Shown: positions 43,991-54,161 of the stretch, piece by piece
Layout: each line of letters opens with the position of its first letter
Position numbering within the stretch: the stretch's first letter is position 1
From: Alistipes sp. CAG:831
Lineage (GTDB): Bacteria > Bacteroidota > Bacteroidia > Bacteroidales > UBA932
Assembly (NCBI GenBank): GCA_000432775.1
Contig: HF990416.1
Location: 44,683 to 108,682 of the forward strand
Reading direction: 5' to 3'
DNA length: 64,000 nt
The notes under the pieces: model-generated
Databases searched by the model: none
Told to the model about the DNA's origin: nothing
The model's input: only the letters and a program-made list of their open reading frames with translations
Position numbers and translations under genes: made by a program

Positions 43991-45379
43991 ATGCAGATTA
44001 ACATCCCTACAGAGAAATTTACCAGGACCGGCCGAAGGATGGCCGCAAGAATCAGAAAAATCAGACGACTGCCCAAGTGGATATGGTACGTCATTCTCGG
44101 AGTGCTCGTCGCAGGCATTACCGTATGGATAATACTGTCATGGCCGGAGCCGCCCAAACCGGTATATCCGATAGTGGAGGCTCAGCCCGTGGTTATCGAT
44201 GATGTGGAAATCTACGGTGAGTACGCCGGAAAGATCAGTGCCCAGCAGTTCGTGGAAATCAGGGCCAGAGTCGAGGGCTATCTGGAAGAGATGCTCTTCG
44301 AGGAAGGCACCTACATCAAGAAGAATCAGGTGCTTTTCATCATCGACCCGAAGCCCTACAGAGCCAGCGTGGAGAAGGCCAAGGCCCAGCTCAACAAGAA
44401 CAAGGCCCTGGAGCTCAAGGCTGAAAGAGACCTCGAGCGCATACGCCCGCTGTTCGAGCAGAATGCTGCCAGCCGTCTGGACCTGGACAACGCCATCGCT
44501 TCCTACGAGAGCGCAAAGGCCGAGGTGGTCATGAGTGAGGCAGACCTTACCCAGGCCGAGATAGCCCTCGGATACACCACTGTCCGCTCCCCCATTTCCG
44601 GATTTATCAGCGAGAGGAACGTGGACCTCGGAACCCTTGTCGGTCCCGGAGGCAAGTCCCTGCTGGCGACCATTGTCAAGAGCGACACCGTACAGGTGGA
44701 CTTCAGCATGACCTCCCTGGACTACCTCAAGAGCCGCGAGAGGAACGTCAACCTGGGCCAGCAGGACACGGCCCGCAACTGGAATCCGTACGTGACCATC
44801 ACGCTGGCCGACAATACCGAATACCCCATGAAGGGCTTCGTGGACTTCGCTGATCCGCAGGTGGACCCCAACACCGGAACATTCTCGGTAAGGGCCGAGA
44901 TGGCCAATCCCGACAGGGCCCTCCTCCCGGGACAGATCACCAAGGTGCGCCTGCTCCTCGACGTGCGTGAGGACGCTATAGTCGTGCCCACCAAGGCCCT
45001 GGTCATCGAGAAGGGCGGAGCCTACGTCTACGCCTGCCGCCCGGACAGCGTGGTGGAGAAAAGATTCATCGAGCTCGGACCGGAGATAGGCAATAACGTA
45101 GTGGTGGAGCGCGGACTGGGACCGGACGAGATGATTATCGTCGAAGGCTTCCACAAGCTGAGTCATGGAGTGAAAGTGGCCCCCGTCATCGTGGAGCCCG
45201 AGAAGCCGCAGATAGATCCGGAGGACGAAGGCCGTTTCTCCTTCGGCTCTGACAGCACCGACTCGTCAGCCGCCGACACCACTGCCGCCGCCAGGACATC
45301 CGGTCCTGTATCCGCAGAACCCTCTACAGACAGCATAACAGGCACAAAGACAGAGAATACTACCGCCAATGAAAAGTGA
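43991..45379 (+). CDS. RND efflux periplasmic adaptor subunit (membrane fusion protein) with disordered C-terminal tail
   Basis: N-terminal TM anchor. Biotinyl/lipoyl-like, coiled-coil and beta-barrel MFP domains. The C-terminal tail is Ser/Thr/Ala-rich. Confidence 0.85.
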   Translation: MQINIPTEKFTRTGRRMAARIRKIRRLPKWIWYVILGVLVAGITVWIILSWPEPPKPVYPIVEAQPVVIDDVEIYGEYAGKISAQQFVEIRARVEGYLEEMLFEEGTYIKKNQVLFIIDPKPYRASVEKAKAQLNKNKALELKAERDLERIRPLFEQNAASRLDLDNAIASYESAKAEVVMSEADLTQAEIALGYTTVRSPISGFISERNVDLGTLVGPGGKSLLATIVKSDTVQVDFSMTSLDYLKSRERNVNLGQQDTARNWNPYVTITLADNTEYPMKGFVDFADPQVDPNTGTFSVRAEMANPDRALLPGQITKVRLLLDVREDAIVVPTKALVIEKGGAYVYACRPDSVVEKRFIELGPEIGNNVVVERGLGPDEMIIVEGFHKLSHGVKVAPVIVEPEKPQIDPEDEGRFSFGSDSTDSSAADTTAAARTSGPVSAEPSTDSITGTKTENTTANEK

Positions 45380-48300
45380 TTTCTTCATAGACCGGCCGAT
45401 ATTCTCCACGGTCATATCCATCGTCATCGTGCTGGTGGGCATGATAGGCCTGTTCCTGCTGCCTATCGACCAGTACCCCAACATCGTACCTCCGGTAGTG
45501 CAGGTCTCGGCCTCCTACCCCGGAGCTGACGCGGAGACCGTTTCACAGGCCGTAGCCACCCCTATAGAGCAGGAGCTCAACGGAACTCCCGGAATGCTCT
45601 ACATGGAGTCGCGGAGCACCAACTCCGGCTCCTTCACCGTCACCATCACCTTCGACATCGACACTGACCCCGACCTTGCCGCCGTCGAGATTCAGAACAG
45701 GGTCAAGCAGGCCGAGGCCCGTCTCCCGGCAGAGGTCATACAGAACGGTATATCCGTGGACAAGCAGGCATCCAACAAGCTGATGACCATCACCCTGCTG
45801 TCCAACGATCCCAAGTTCGACGAGGTGTACCTCAGCAACTACGCCACCCTCAACGTACTCGACATGCTCCGCCGTATTCCCGGAGTGGGCCGCGTATCCA
45901 ACGTCGGCAGCCGCTACTACGGCATGCAGATCTGGGTACAGCCCGAGCGTCTGGCCAGCCTCGGCCTGACAGTCCAGGACATCCAGAGCGCACTCAGGGA
46001 ACAGAACCGCGAGTCAGCGGCCGGAGTGCTCGGCCAGCAGCCCATGAACGGGGTGGACGTGACCGTACCTATCGTAGCCCAGGGCCGTCTGTCGACTGTC
46101 AGCGAGTTCGAGGACATCGTCCTCAGGGCCAATCCGGACGGTTCCATCATCCGTCTGCGCGACGTGGCCCGCGTCTCCCTCGAGGCCCAGTCCTACAACA
46201 CCGAGAGCGGTATCAACGGAGGCAATGCCGCCGTGATGGACATCCGCATGCTGCCCGGCATGAACGCCATGGAAGTATCCGAGTCCGTCAAGAAGGCCAT
46301 GGACGAGATCAGCCGCAATTTCCCCGAAGGTATCTCCTACATGATACCTTTCGACATGACTGAGTACATCTCGCAGTCGATTCACGAGGTTTACAAGACT
46401 CTGTTCGAGGCCCTATTCCTCGTAATCCTAGTGGTGTTCCTCTCCCTGCAGAGCTGGAGGGCCACCCTCATCCCGGCCATAGCGGTTCCCATCTCCCTTA
46501 TCGGTACATTCGGAGTGATGCTCATCTTCGGCTTCTCCCTCAACACCCTGACCCTCCTCGGTCTGGTCCTGGCGATCGGTACCGTCGTGGACGACGCGAT
46601 AGTCGTGGTGGAGAACGTGGACCGCATCATGAACGAGGAGAAACTCTCGGCATACGAAGCCACCAAGAAAGCCATGAACGGACTGGGCAGCGCCCTGATA
46701 GCCATGTCGCTGGTACTCTGCGCCGTGTTCATACCCGTGAGCTTCCTTTCCGGCATCACCGGAGCCCTCTACCGCCAGTTCACCATCACCATAGCCGTTT
46801 CCGTAATCATCTCCACCATTGTGGCCCTGACGATGAGCCCCGTGATGTGCGCCCAGTTCCTCAAACCGAAAAAAGAAGGCGAAGAAGAGCGCAAGAACTT
46901 CATATTCCGGGCCATCAACCGCTGGCTCGCCAAGGGACAGACGGTATATGCCCGCATTATACGCAACTTCCTGAGCCACTCGAAACGCTCATTCGCCGCA
47001 TTCGGCATAGGCATAGTAAGTATCTGGGCCATGGCCCAGCTCGTACCCCAGAGCTTCCTGCCCCAGGAAGACCAGGGATATTTCACCGTAGAGTTCGAAC
47101 TTCCTGAGGGAGCCACCCTCGAGAGGACCCGCGAGGTGACGGACCGCGCCATGGCATGGCTGCTGGAACAGCCGGACGTGCGCTACGTCCTCAATGTCAC
47201 CGGTTCCAGCCCCAGGGTCGGAACCAACCAGGCCCGCAGCCAGATGACCGTCATCATGAAGCCCTGGGAAGAGAGGGAGGATCCGGACCTGCCTGCCTTC
47301 ATGGCCCGCGTCACCGATGAATTCTCCCAGTACCCCGAGAGCAAGGTCTACCTCAGCACTCCTCCTGTCATCCCCGGACTGGGTACCTCGGGAGGTTTCG
47401 AGATGGCCCTCGAGGCCCGCGGTGACCTGACCTACGAGGAGCTGCAGAGAGCTTCGGACACTCTCGTCTACTACGCATCACAGCGCAAGGAACTGGCCCG
47501 CGTAAGCAGCTCGATGCAGGGCGACATCCCGAAACTGTACTACGATGTGGACCGCGACCGGGCCAAGCTCCTCGGAGTCTCCGTCTCGGACCTCTTCACC
47601 ACCATGAAGGCCTTCACCGGCTCCGTCTACGTCAACGACTTCAACCTCTTCAACCGAGTCTACCGAGTATACATCCAGGCCGAAGAGCCCTACCGTCAGT
47701 GGCGTGACGACATGAACATGTATTTCGTCCGCGGCAACGGAGGCGCCATGATTCCTGTAACCTCCATCGGTACCACCGAATACACCACCGGACCGGGTAC
47801 CATCAAGCGCTTCAACATGTACTACGCCGCCACCATCACCGGTGAAGCCGCCCACGGCTACAGTTCCGGCCAGGCGATGGACATCATGGAGGAGATAGTG
47901 CGCGAGAAACTGCCTGCCAATGTGGGCATCGAATGGAGCGGACTGTCCTACCAGGAGAAACAGCAGAGCGGTCAGACCGGACTCGTCCTGGCCCTGGCCT
48001 TCCTCTTCGTATTCCTGTTCCTGGCCGCCCAGTACGAGAGCTGGTCAGTGCCCATAGCCGTCATCCTCTCCCTCCCCGTGGCCTGCATCGGAGCCTTCCT
48101 GTCGATTCTGGTCCTGGGCATGGAAAACAACGTCTACTTCCAGATCGGACTCGTAATGCTCATAGGCGTGGCCGCCAAGAATGCTATTCTCATCGTGGAG
48201 TTCGCCAAGGAAGAGGTGGAAAAGGGCAAGGACATAGTAGAGGCCGCCATAGCAGCATCGGAGCTGCGTTTCAGGCCCATCGTCATGACCTCCCTGACCT

Positions 48301-48497
48301 TCATCCTCGGTATGCTGCCCCTCGTGCTTGCCACCGGACCCGGCTCGGCCAGCCGTCAGGGTATCGGCGTCGGAGTATTCTTCGGCATGATAGCGGCCAT
48401 CACCTTCGGAATAGTATTCGTACCTTTCTTCTTCGTCTGGATATACAGGCTCAAGGAGAGATTTGCCAACAGGAAAAAGAAGAGACTGAAAGCATGA
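45369..48497 (+). CDS. RND multidrug efflux transporter permease (AcrB/MexB family)
   Basis: 1042 aa, 12 TM with two large periplasmic loops. Overlaps the MFP gene by 11 nt. Confidence 0.9.
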   Translation: MKSDFFIDRPIFSTVISIVIVLVGMIGLFLLPIDQYPNIVPPVVQVSASYPGADAETVSQAVATPIEQELNGTPGMLYMESRSTNSGSFTVTITFDIDTDPDLAAVEIQNRVKQAEARLPAEVIQNGISVDKQASNKLMTITLLSNDPKFDEVYLSNYATLNVLDMLRRIPGVGRVSNVGSRYYGMQIWVQPERLASLGLTVQDIQSALREQNRESAAGVLGQQPMNGVDVTVPIVAQGRLSTVSEFEDIVLRANPDGSIIRLRDVARVSLEAQSYNTESGINGGNAAVMDIRMLPGMNAMEVSESVKKAMDEISRNFPEGISYMIPFDMTEYISQSIHEVYKTLFEALFLVILVVFLSLQSWRATLIPAIAVPISLIGTFGVMLIFGFSLNTLTLLGLVLAIGTVVDDAIVVVENVDRIMNEEKLSAYEATKKAMNGLGSALIAMSLVLCAVFIPVSFLSGITGALYRQFTITIAVSVIISTIVALTMSPVMCAQFLKPKKEGEEERKNFIFRAINRWLAKGQTVYARIIRNFLSHSKRSFAAFGIGIVSIWAMAQLVPQSFLPQEDQGYFTVEFELPEGATLERTREVTDRAMAWLLEQPDVRYVLNVTGSSPRVGTNQARSQMTVIMKPWEEREDPDLPAFMARVTDEFSQYPESKVYLSTPPVIPGLGTSGGFEMALEARGDLTYEELQRASDTLVYYASQRKELARVSSSMQGDIPKLYYDVDRDRAKLLGVSVSDLFTTMKAFTGSVYVNDFNLFNRVYRVYIQAEEPYRQWRDDMNMYFVRGNGGAMIPVTSIGTTEYTTGPGTIKRFNMYYAATITGEAAHGYSSGQAMDIMEEIVREKLPANVGIEWSGLSYQEKQQSGQTGLVLALAFLFVFLFLAAQYESWSVPIAVILSLPVACIGAFLSILVLGMENNVYFQIGLVMLIGVAAKNAILIVEFAKEEVEKGKDIVEAAIAASELRFRPIVMTSLTFILGMLPLVLATGPGSASRQGIGVGVFFGMIAAITFGIVFVPFFFVWIYRLKERFANRKKKRLKA

Positions 48498-49897
48498 GAC
48501 AAAGTTTAGTAAAAATATCAGCCGCAGCAGCAGTATGCAGTGCGCTCATCCTCCTGCAGGGATGCGGGGCCGCAGTGAGAAAATGCATCGACCCCCAGCT
48601 CGACATCCCGGAGACCATCCTGCCGGGAGGCTACGCCGACTCGCTCTGCCTGGCCGACCTCGAGTGGTCTGAGCTATTCTCCGACCCTCTGCTCAAGGAC
48701 CTCATAGAGAAGACTCTGGAAAATAACAGGGACATGCTTACGGCAGCCGCCAGGGTCCGCGAGCTCGAGCGTCTCCACAGGGTAGTCCGCGCCGACCAGT
48801 TCCCGTCCTTCAACGCCAGAGGCTATCTGGACCAGGAGAACTATCAGTACACTGATGCTGACCCAGTCAAGGACAATGAGTTCGGTCTGAAGGCCGGAGT
48901 CTCCTGGGAGGTGGATTTCTTCGGCCGCCTGCGCTGGACCAACCGCGGGGCTATCGCCCAGTACCTCGGCTCCATCGAGTCGCAGAGAGCCATGCAGATG
49001 ACCCTCGTAGCCGCAGTGGCCACGGCATACTTCGAACTGGCCGCCCTGGACAACGAACTGGACATCGTCCTCCGCACCCGTGACACCTGGAGAGAGAACG
49101 TCAAGCAGGCCCGCCTCCGTTTCGAAGGCGGACTGACCACTGAGATACCTTACCAGCAGGCACAGGTTGAGTATGCCAGCACTGCGGCTCTCGTACCTGA
49201 CCTTCAGCGGGATATTGCCATAAAGGAACATGAAATAGCTCTACTTGCCGGAGAGTTCCCTTCCTACGTGGAGCGCTCCAAGCTCAACACCCAGGACAGG
49301 TTCCCCGACCTGATGCACGTGGGAGTACCCTCCGAACTGCTTCAGCGCCGTCCCGACCTGCTGGCCGCCGGACAGGCCCTCAAGGCCGCCATGGCCGATG
49401 TGGGAATAGCCTGGGCCAACCGTTTTCCCAGACTGGAGATATCCTTCACTGCAGGTGTGGAGAACAACACCTTCACCCACTTCTTCACAGGCCCCTACTG
49501 GTATCCTGTCCTGAACCTGACATCCCCCCTCTTCGCATTCGGCAAGAACAGGGCCCGCTACCAGGCAGCCATAGAGGCCTACAACCAGGAGAGATACCAG
49601 TACGAGCAGAAAGTCCTCGAAGTCTTCAAGGAGGTCAATGACGCCGTCGCTTCCTACAACTCCGCACGCGAGAAAGTCTCCCTTCTGGGCAACCTGCAGG
49701 ACGCCTCCCGCAAATACGTGGAGCTCGCCCTCTTCCAGTACCAGAACGGCTACATCAGCTACATGGATGTCCTCGACGCCCAGCGAAGCTACTTCAATGC
49801 CGAGATAGACTATTCGAATTCAGTCAGGGACGAGTTCCTGGCCATCATCGAACTCTACAAGGCCCTCGGCGGCGGCTGGTCCGACGACGCGGAATAA
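48494..49897 (+). CDS. RND efflux outer-membrane factor lipoprotein (NodT/TolC family)
   Basis: Lipobox LLQGCG, two TolC-like repeats. The ATG at 48494 overlaps the RND stop (ATGA). The extended ORF start at 47933 is rejected. Confidence 0.85.
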   Translation: MRQSLVKISAAAAVCSALILLQGCGAAVRKCIDPQLDIPETILPGGYADSLCLADLEWSELFSDPLLKDLIEKTLENNRDMLTAAARVRELERLHRVVRADQFPSFNARGYLDQENYQYTDADPVKDNEFGLKAGVSWEVDFFGRLRWTNRGAIAQYLGSIESQRAMQMTLVAAVATAYFELAALDNELDIVLRTRDTWRENVKQARLRFEGGLTTEIPYQQAQVEYASTAALVPDLQRDIAIKEHEIALLAGEFPSYVERSKLNTQDRFPDLMHVGVPSELLQRRPDLLAAGQALKAAMADVGIAWANRFPRLEISFTAGVENNTFTHFFTGPYWYPVLNLTSPLFAFGKNRARYQAAIEAYNQERYQYEQKVLEVFKEVNDAVASYNSAREKVSLLGNLQDASRKYVELALFQYQNGYISYMDVLDAQRSYFNAEIDYSNSVRDEFLAIIELYKALGGGWSDDAE

Positions 49898-49898
49898 C

Positions 49899-49920
49899 AA
49901 AAAACGTTGCAACGTTTTTT
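49899..49920. terminator. Perfect palindromic terminator AAAAAACGTTGCAACGTTTTTT
   Basis: 11-bp stem including the A/T runs, immediately after the stop of the outer-membrane factor gene. Confidence 0.7.
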
Positions 49921-49968
49921 GTTGCAACAATTTTTGTTATATTTGCATGGAATTGTAATTTCACGCTT

Positions 49969-51102
49969 ATGGAGGCTCCTTTTATTTTTGGGAAAATCGC
50001 GACGGACGACAATTTTACTGACCGCGAACAGGAGACCGCGCATCTGGTCGCCAATTTCAAGTCGTTGATAAACACTATCCTGATATCGCCGAGACGATGG
50101 GGGAAGAGTTCGCTCGTCAACAGGGCTGCGGAACTTGCACTCAAAAGCGACAGCCGCCTGAAAATCTGCCTCGTAGACCTGTTCAACGTGAAAAGCGAGG
50201 AACATTTCTACCAGCTGCTGGCTGAGGATGTCATCAAAGCTACATCATCCAGATTGGAGGAAGCCGTGGGGAATACAAGAAAATTCATCTCGCAGCTTAT
50301 CCCCAGAATCACTGTAGGCAATGAAATCTCCGGCGACATCTCACTGGGGTTCGACTGGGAAGAACTGAAACGGACACCGGACGAGGTGCTGGACCTGGCT
50401 GAAAATATCGCGACCGCAAAGGACTTGAGAATAGTCATCTGCATCGACGAGTTTCAGAATGTGGCCGAATTCGAAGACCCGCTGTACTTCCAGCGCAGGC
50501 TCCGCTCCCACTGGCAGCGACATCAGAAAGTATCCTACTGCATCTACGGCAGCAAGCGCCACATGATGACGGACATCTTCACAAATCCACAGATGCCTTT
50601 CTACAAATTCGGAGACCTGTTCTTCCTGGAAAAAATCAAGACCGAATACTTTGCCCCCTTCATCGCGGAGCGGTTCGCCGCCACCGGGAAATCCATAGAC
50701 CATGAGGCCTGCTTAGAGATAATATCGCTCGCAGACAACCATCCCTATTATGTCCAGCAGCTTGCCCAGATTTCCTGGCTGCGGGCAACTGACGGGCACT
50801 GCACCACCGGAATAGTCAGGCAGTCGCATGAAACCCTCGTCCAGCAGCTCAGTCTCCTTTTCGTCACCATAACCGAGGGACTTACCAATCAGCAGCTCGC
50901 CCTGCTCCACGCCATGACTGCCGGAGAAACAGCATTTACCTCTGCTGAGGTCATGAAAAAATACCGCATATCCTCCTCCATGTCTGTTTCCCGCTCAAAG
51001 AAATCCCTCGTCGAGAAAGACATCCTCGACATCAACGCCGGAACCATCTCATTCCAGGACCCGATCTACGCCTGGTGGCTCCGGCACTGCTATTTCATTT
51101 AG
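49969..51102 (+). CDS. AAA+ ATP-binding protein of the PF01637 (archaeal-type ATPase) / DUF234 family
   Basis: Walker A SPRRWGKSS, Walker B ICIDEFQNV, and a C-terminal DUF234-like winged-helix region. Lower GC than its neighbours. Upstream -7 box TATATTTG at 49938. Confidence 0.75.
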   Translation: MEAPFIFGKIATDDNFTDREQETAHLVANFKSLINTILISPRRWGKSSLVNRAAELALKSDSRLKICLVDLFNVKSEEHFYQLLAEDVIKATSSRLEEAVGNTRKFISQLIPRITVGNEISGDISLGFDWEELKRTPDEVLDLAENIATAKDLRIVICIDEFQNVAEFEDPLYFQRRLRSHWQRHQKVSYCIYGSKRHMMTDIFTNPQMPFYKFGDLFFLEKIKTEYFAPFIAERFAATGKSIDHEACLEIISLADNHPYYVQQLAQISWLRATDGHCTTGIVRQSHETLVQQLSLLFVTITEGLTNQQLALLHAMTAGETAFTSAEVMKKYRISSSMSVSRSKKSLVEKDILDINAGTISFQDPIYAWWLRHCYFI

Positions 51103-51153
51103 CACACTTTAGAGGATTTTGCGTAACTTTGTAAGTTGAAAACAAAAACAGAT

Positions 51154-51945
51154 ATGGTACAGTTCAAGGATAAGACCCTGCTGATCACCGGCGGGGGCAC
51201 AGGAATAGGCGAGGCGATCGCCTATCAGTTCGCACAGAGAGGTACTAACGTGATACTCACCGGGCTCGGCGAGGAGCAGCTGACGAAGGTGGAGGAGCGC
51301 TGCCGGCAGTACGGCGTGAAGGCCTGGCACCGTGAGGTCAACCTGGAGGACCCTGCGTCCATCGACGCCCTGGTCGAGTACGTGGACAGCCTCGGCCTGA
51401 AACCGGACTTCTTCGTGCTCAACGCCGGCATCTCCCAGAGGGCCCTTACCCTCGACTGCGACATCTCCCTGGACCGCAAGCTGATGGAGATAAACTATTT
51501 CGGCGGCATCTACATCATCAAGAAATTCAAGGAACACCTGAAAACAGCCAAGGAAGTGCACATCGCCGTGACCACCTCGATCTCCGGCCTGTTCGGCTTC
51601 CCGCTCCGCTCGGCCTACTGCGCCTCGAAGCACGCCCTGTTCGGATTCTACGAGTCACTGGAGCTGGAGTACCCCAACATAAAGGTCACCTTTCTCATCC
51701 CCGGCCGCATCCGCACCGAGATATCCAAGAGCGCCCTGCTCGCCTCCGGAGAGAAGTTCGCCAGGATGGACCCCGGCCAGGCCAACGGCATGGACGTGAC
51801 CAAATGCGCCAGGGTGGCCCTGAAGGCCATAGCAAGGGAGAAGCACAAGAAACTCATCGGCGGCAAGGAGCTGCTGATGGCTTACTTCTACAAATACACC
51901 CCCTGGCTGTTCTACATCCTGGCCCGGAAAGTATCGGCTCATTAA
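51154..51945 (+). CDS. SDR family oxidoreductase
   Basis: TGGGTGIGEA NAD(P)-binding motif, catalytic YCASK. ATG at 51154; the ORF track starts at a TTG at 51136. Confidence 0.8.
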   Translation: MVQFKDKTLLITGGGTGIGEAIAYQFAQRGTNVILTGLGEEQLTKVEERCRQYGVKAWHREVNLEDPASIDALVEYVDSLGLKPDFFVLNAGISQRALTLDCDISLDRKLMEINYFGGIYIIKKFKEHLKTAKEVHIAVTTSISGLFGFPLRSAYCASKHALFGFYESLELEYPNIKVTFLIPGRIRTEISKSALLASGEKFARMDPGQANGMDVTKCARVALKAIAREKHKKLIGGKELLMAYFYKYTPWLFYILARKVSAH

Positions 51946-51973
51946 TCATTTACGGATAAAATTCAAGGACAAT

Positions 51974-53047
51974 ATGGATAAAATCATCTGTGGCATACAG
52001 CAGGTCGGCATCGGCGTAAGGAACGTCGCCGAGTCGTGGAAATGGTACAAGGACAATTTCGGCTTCGACACCAAGATCTTCGGAGCCGAGGGCGTGGCCG
52101 AGAGGATGCTGCCCTACACCGGCGGCAAGCCCCAGCCCCGCTACGCTATCTTAGTGTACAACCTCCGCGGAGGCGCCGGCTTCGAGGTATGGGAGCCCCG
52201 CGGCAGGGAGCTGAACTACGTAAGTTTCGAGCCTGCTCTCGGAGACCTCGGCATCTACGCCTGCAAGATCAAGTCCCGCGACGTGCAGGCAGCCTACGGG
52301 CAGCTGGGCAAGGCTCCCGGCGCCCGCATCCTCACCCCCGTGACCAAGAACCCCGCCGGCAAGGAGCATTTCTTCCTCTATGACCCCTGGAACAATCTCT
52401 TCGAGGTCGAGTCCGACTCCTACGTCTTCATCGACGAGGACAAGAACCTCGGCGGCGGCAACGGAGCCGTCCTGGGAGTCACGGACATGGACCGTTCCAT
52501 AAAATTCTACTCAACCCTCATGGACTACGACAAGGTCGAGTACGACGTGACCGGAGTCCAGGCAGACCTGGAAGGTGTTCCCGGCAGCCAGTACCCCCTG
52601 CGCAGGGTGATGCTCTCCCGCAGCAAGCCCATCGAAGGCCCTCTGAGCGAAGTGATGGGGACATCCCATATCGAGCTGGTGCAGCGCATTCCAGAAGGCT
52701 TCGGCGTGCCCGCCCCGAAAAAGATCTACGAAGGCCGCTACTGGGGTGACCCTGGCTTCATCCACCTGTGCTTCGACATCCGCAACATGGAGGCCATCCG
52801 CGAATGCGCCGAGGGGCTGGGACACAGTTTCGTATGCGACGGAGGCCGCGACTTCAAGATGGGCGAGGCAGACGGACACTTCACCTACGTGGAAGACCCC
52901 GACGGTACCCTCATCGAGTTCGTGGAGACCTTCAAGGTGCCCATCCTCAAGAAATGGGGCATCTACCTCCACCTCGAGAAGCGCGATCCCCACAGGCAGC
53001 TTCCCCGCTACATGACCCGGGCCCTGCGCTTCCTGCGTTCAAAATAA
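51974..53047 (+). CDS. VOC (glyoxalase/bleomycin-resistance/dioxygenase) superfamily protein, two-module
   Basis: Tandem glyoxalase-like beta-alpha-beta-beta-beta modules, 357 aa. Confidence 0.65.
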   Translation: MDKIICGIQQVGIGVRNVAESWKWYKDNFGFDTKIFGAEGVAERMLPYTGGKPQPRYAILVYNLRGGAGFEVWEPRGRELNYVSFEPALGDLGIYACKIKSRDVQAAYGQLGKAPGARILTPVTKNPAGKEHFFLYDPWNNLFEVESDSYVFIDEDKNLGGGNGAVLGVTDMDRSIKFYSTLMDYDKVEYDVTGVQADLEGVPGSQYPLRRVMLSRSKPIEGPLSEVMGTSHIELVQRIPEGFGVPAPKKIYEGRYWGDPGFIHLCFDIRNMEAIRECAEGLGHSFVCDGGRDFKMGEADGHFTYVEDPDGTLIEFVETFKVPILKKWGIYLHLEKRDPHRQLPRYMTRALRFLRSK

Positions 53048-53054
53048 ATCTGGA

Positions 53055-54035
53055 ATGGAAGATAACAATAAGATACTTATATATACGGATAGCGACGGTC
53101 GTACAAAGATTGACGTAAAGCTTGAGGAGGATACATTGTGGCTTACACAAGCTCAGATGTGTGAGTTGTATCAGACCAGTAAATCCAATATAAGTGAACA
53201 TATTAAGCATATATTTGAGGAAGGGGAACTGCAAGAGGACTCAGTTGTTCGGAAATTCCGAACAACTGCATCTGACGGTAAGTCATATATGACAACCTTT
53301 TACAATCTGGACATGATAATTGCCCTCGGCTATCGTATCCGTTCCCTCATAGCAACCCGTTTCCGCCAATGGGCGACAAAGCGTCTGAAAGAATATATGA
53401 TTAAAGGTTTCACACTTGATGATGAACGCTTGAAACAATTAGGTGGCGGAGGCTATTGGAAAGAGCTTCTGGAACGTATCCGGGATATCCGCGCCACCGA
53501 AAAAGTGTTTTATCGGCAGGTGCTTGAGATATATGCCACAAGTATAGATTACGATCCGCGAGCGTCTGTTTCGCAAGAGTTCTTCAAAAAAGTACAGAAC
53601 AAGATACATTATGCAATACATGGTCACACTGCTGCAGAGTTAATCGTAGAACGTGCTGATGCCGAAAAGGATTTTATGGGATTATTTACCTTCAAAGGCA
53701 ATCAACCTACTTTGGTTGAAGCCCGTACAGCTAAAAACTACCTGAATGAAAAAGAACTTCGCTCCATGGGACAATTAGTTTCAGGTTATCTGGATTTCGC
53801 GGAACGACAGGCTGAACGGGAACAAGTGATGACCATGAACGACTGGGCGAATTATCTGGACAGAATTCTTACCATGTCTGGAGAACAACTTTTGCCGGAT
53901 AGTGGCAAAGTATCACATTCAGAAGCGATGGAACATGCCACAAACGAATATCGGAAATACAAGCAGCGCACACTCAGCGATGTGGAAAAAGACTATCTGG
54001 ACGCTATTAAACGCATTCAGGATATAGGGAAATGA
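53055..54035 (+). CDS. RhuM-family protein (PF13310), low-GC horizontally acquired gene
   Basis: MEDNNKILIYTDSDGRTKIDVKLEEDTLWLTQAQMCELYQTSKSNISEHIKHIFEEGEL matches the RhuM N-terminus. ~42% GC against ~60% in flanking genes. Confidence 0.8.
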   Translation: MEDNNKILIYTDSDGRTKIDVKLEEDTLWLTQAQMCELYQTSKSNISEHIKHIFEEGELQEDSVVRKFRTTASDGKSYMTTFYNLDMIIALGYRIRSLIATRFRQWATKRLKEYMIKGFTLDDERLKQLGGGGYWKELLERIRDIRATEKVFYRQVLEIYATSIDYDPRASVSQEFFKKVQNKIHYAIHGHTAAELIVERADAEKDFMGLFTFKGNQPTLVEARTAKNYLNEKELRSMGQLVSGYLDFAERQAEREQVMTMNDWANYLDRILTMSGEQLLPDSGKVSHSEAMEHATNEYRKYKQRTLSDVEKDYLDAIKRIQDIGK

Positions 54036-54064
54036 AGATTGAAAATAAATTAAACAAACATTTT

Positions 54065-54096
54065 CTTGCATTGTTCCCGACATATGCATATATTTG
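54065..54096 (+). promoter_or_regulatory. Bacteroidetes-type promoter for rpsP-rimM (-33 TTG, -7 TATATTTG)
   Basis: TATATTTG at 54089, TTG 20 nt upstream, ATG at 54162. Confidence 0.45.
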
Positions 54097-54161
54097 CGGG
54101 CCTTTTCTCGAGAAGATAAGGAGGTTTTAAATTATTAATTCACTAATAACCTGTAAGTACA

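Noticed and set aside
47933-48493. Extended start of the outer-membrane efflux protein ORF inside the RND gene
   Set aside because: The homologous region and lipoprotein signal begin at the ATG at 48494, which overlaps the RND stop. The upstream part is out-of-frame overlap with the AcrB-like gene.
53040-54055. 9-bp direct repeat AAAATAAAT on both sides of the RhuM gene as possible att sites
   Set aside because: It is too short and AT-rich to distinguish from chance. No integrase or recombinase is nearby.
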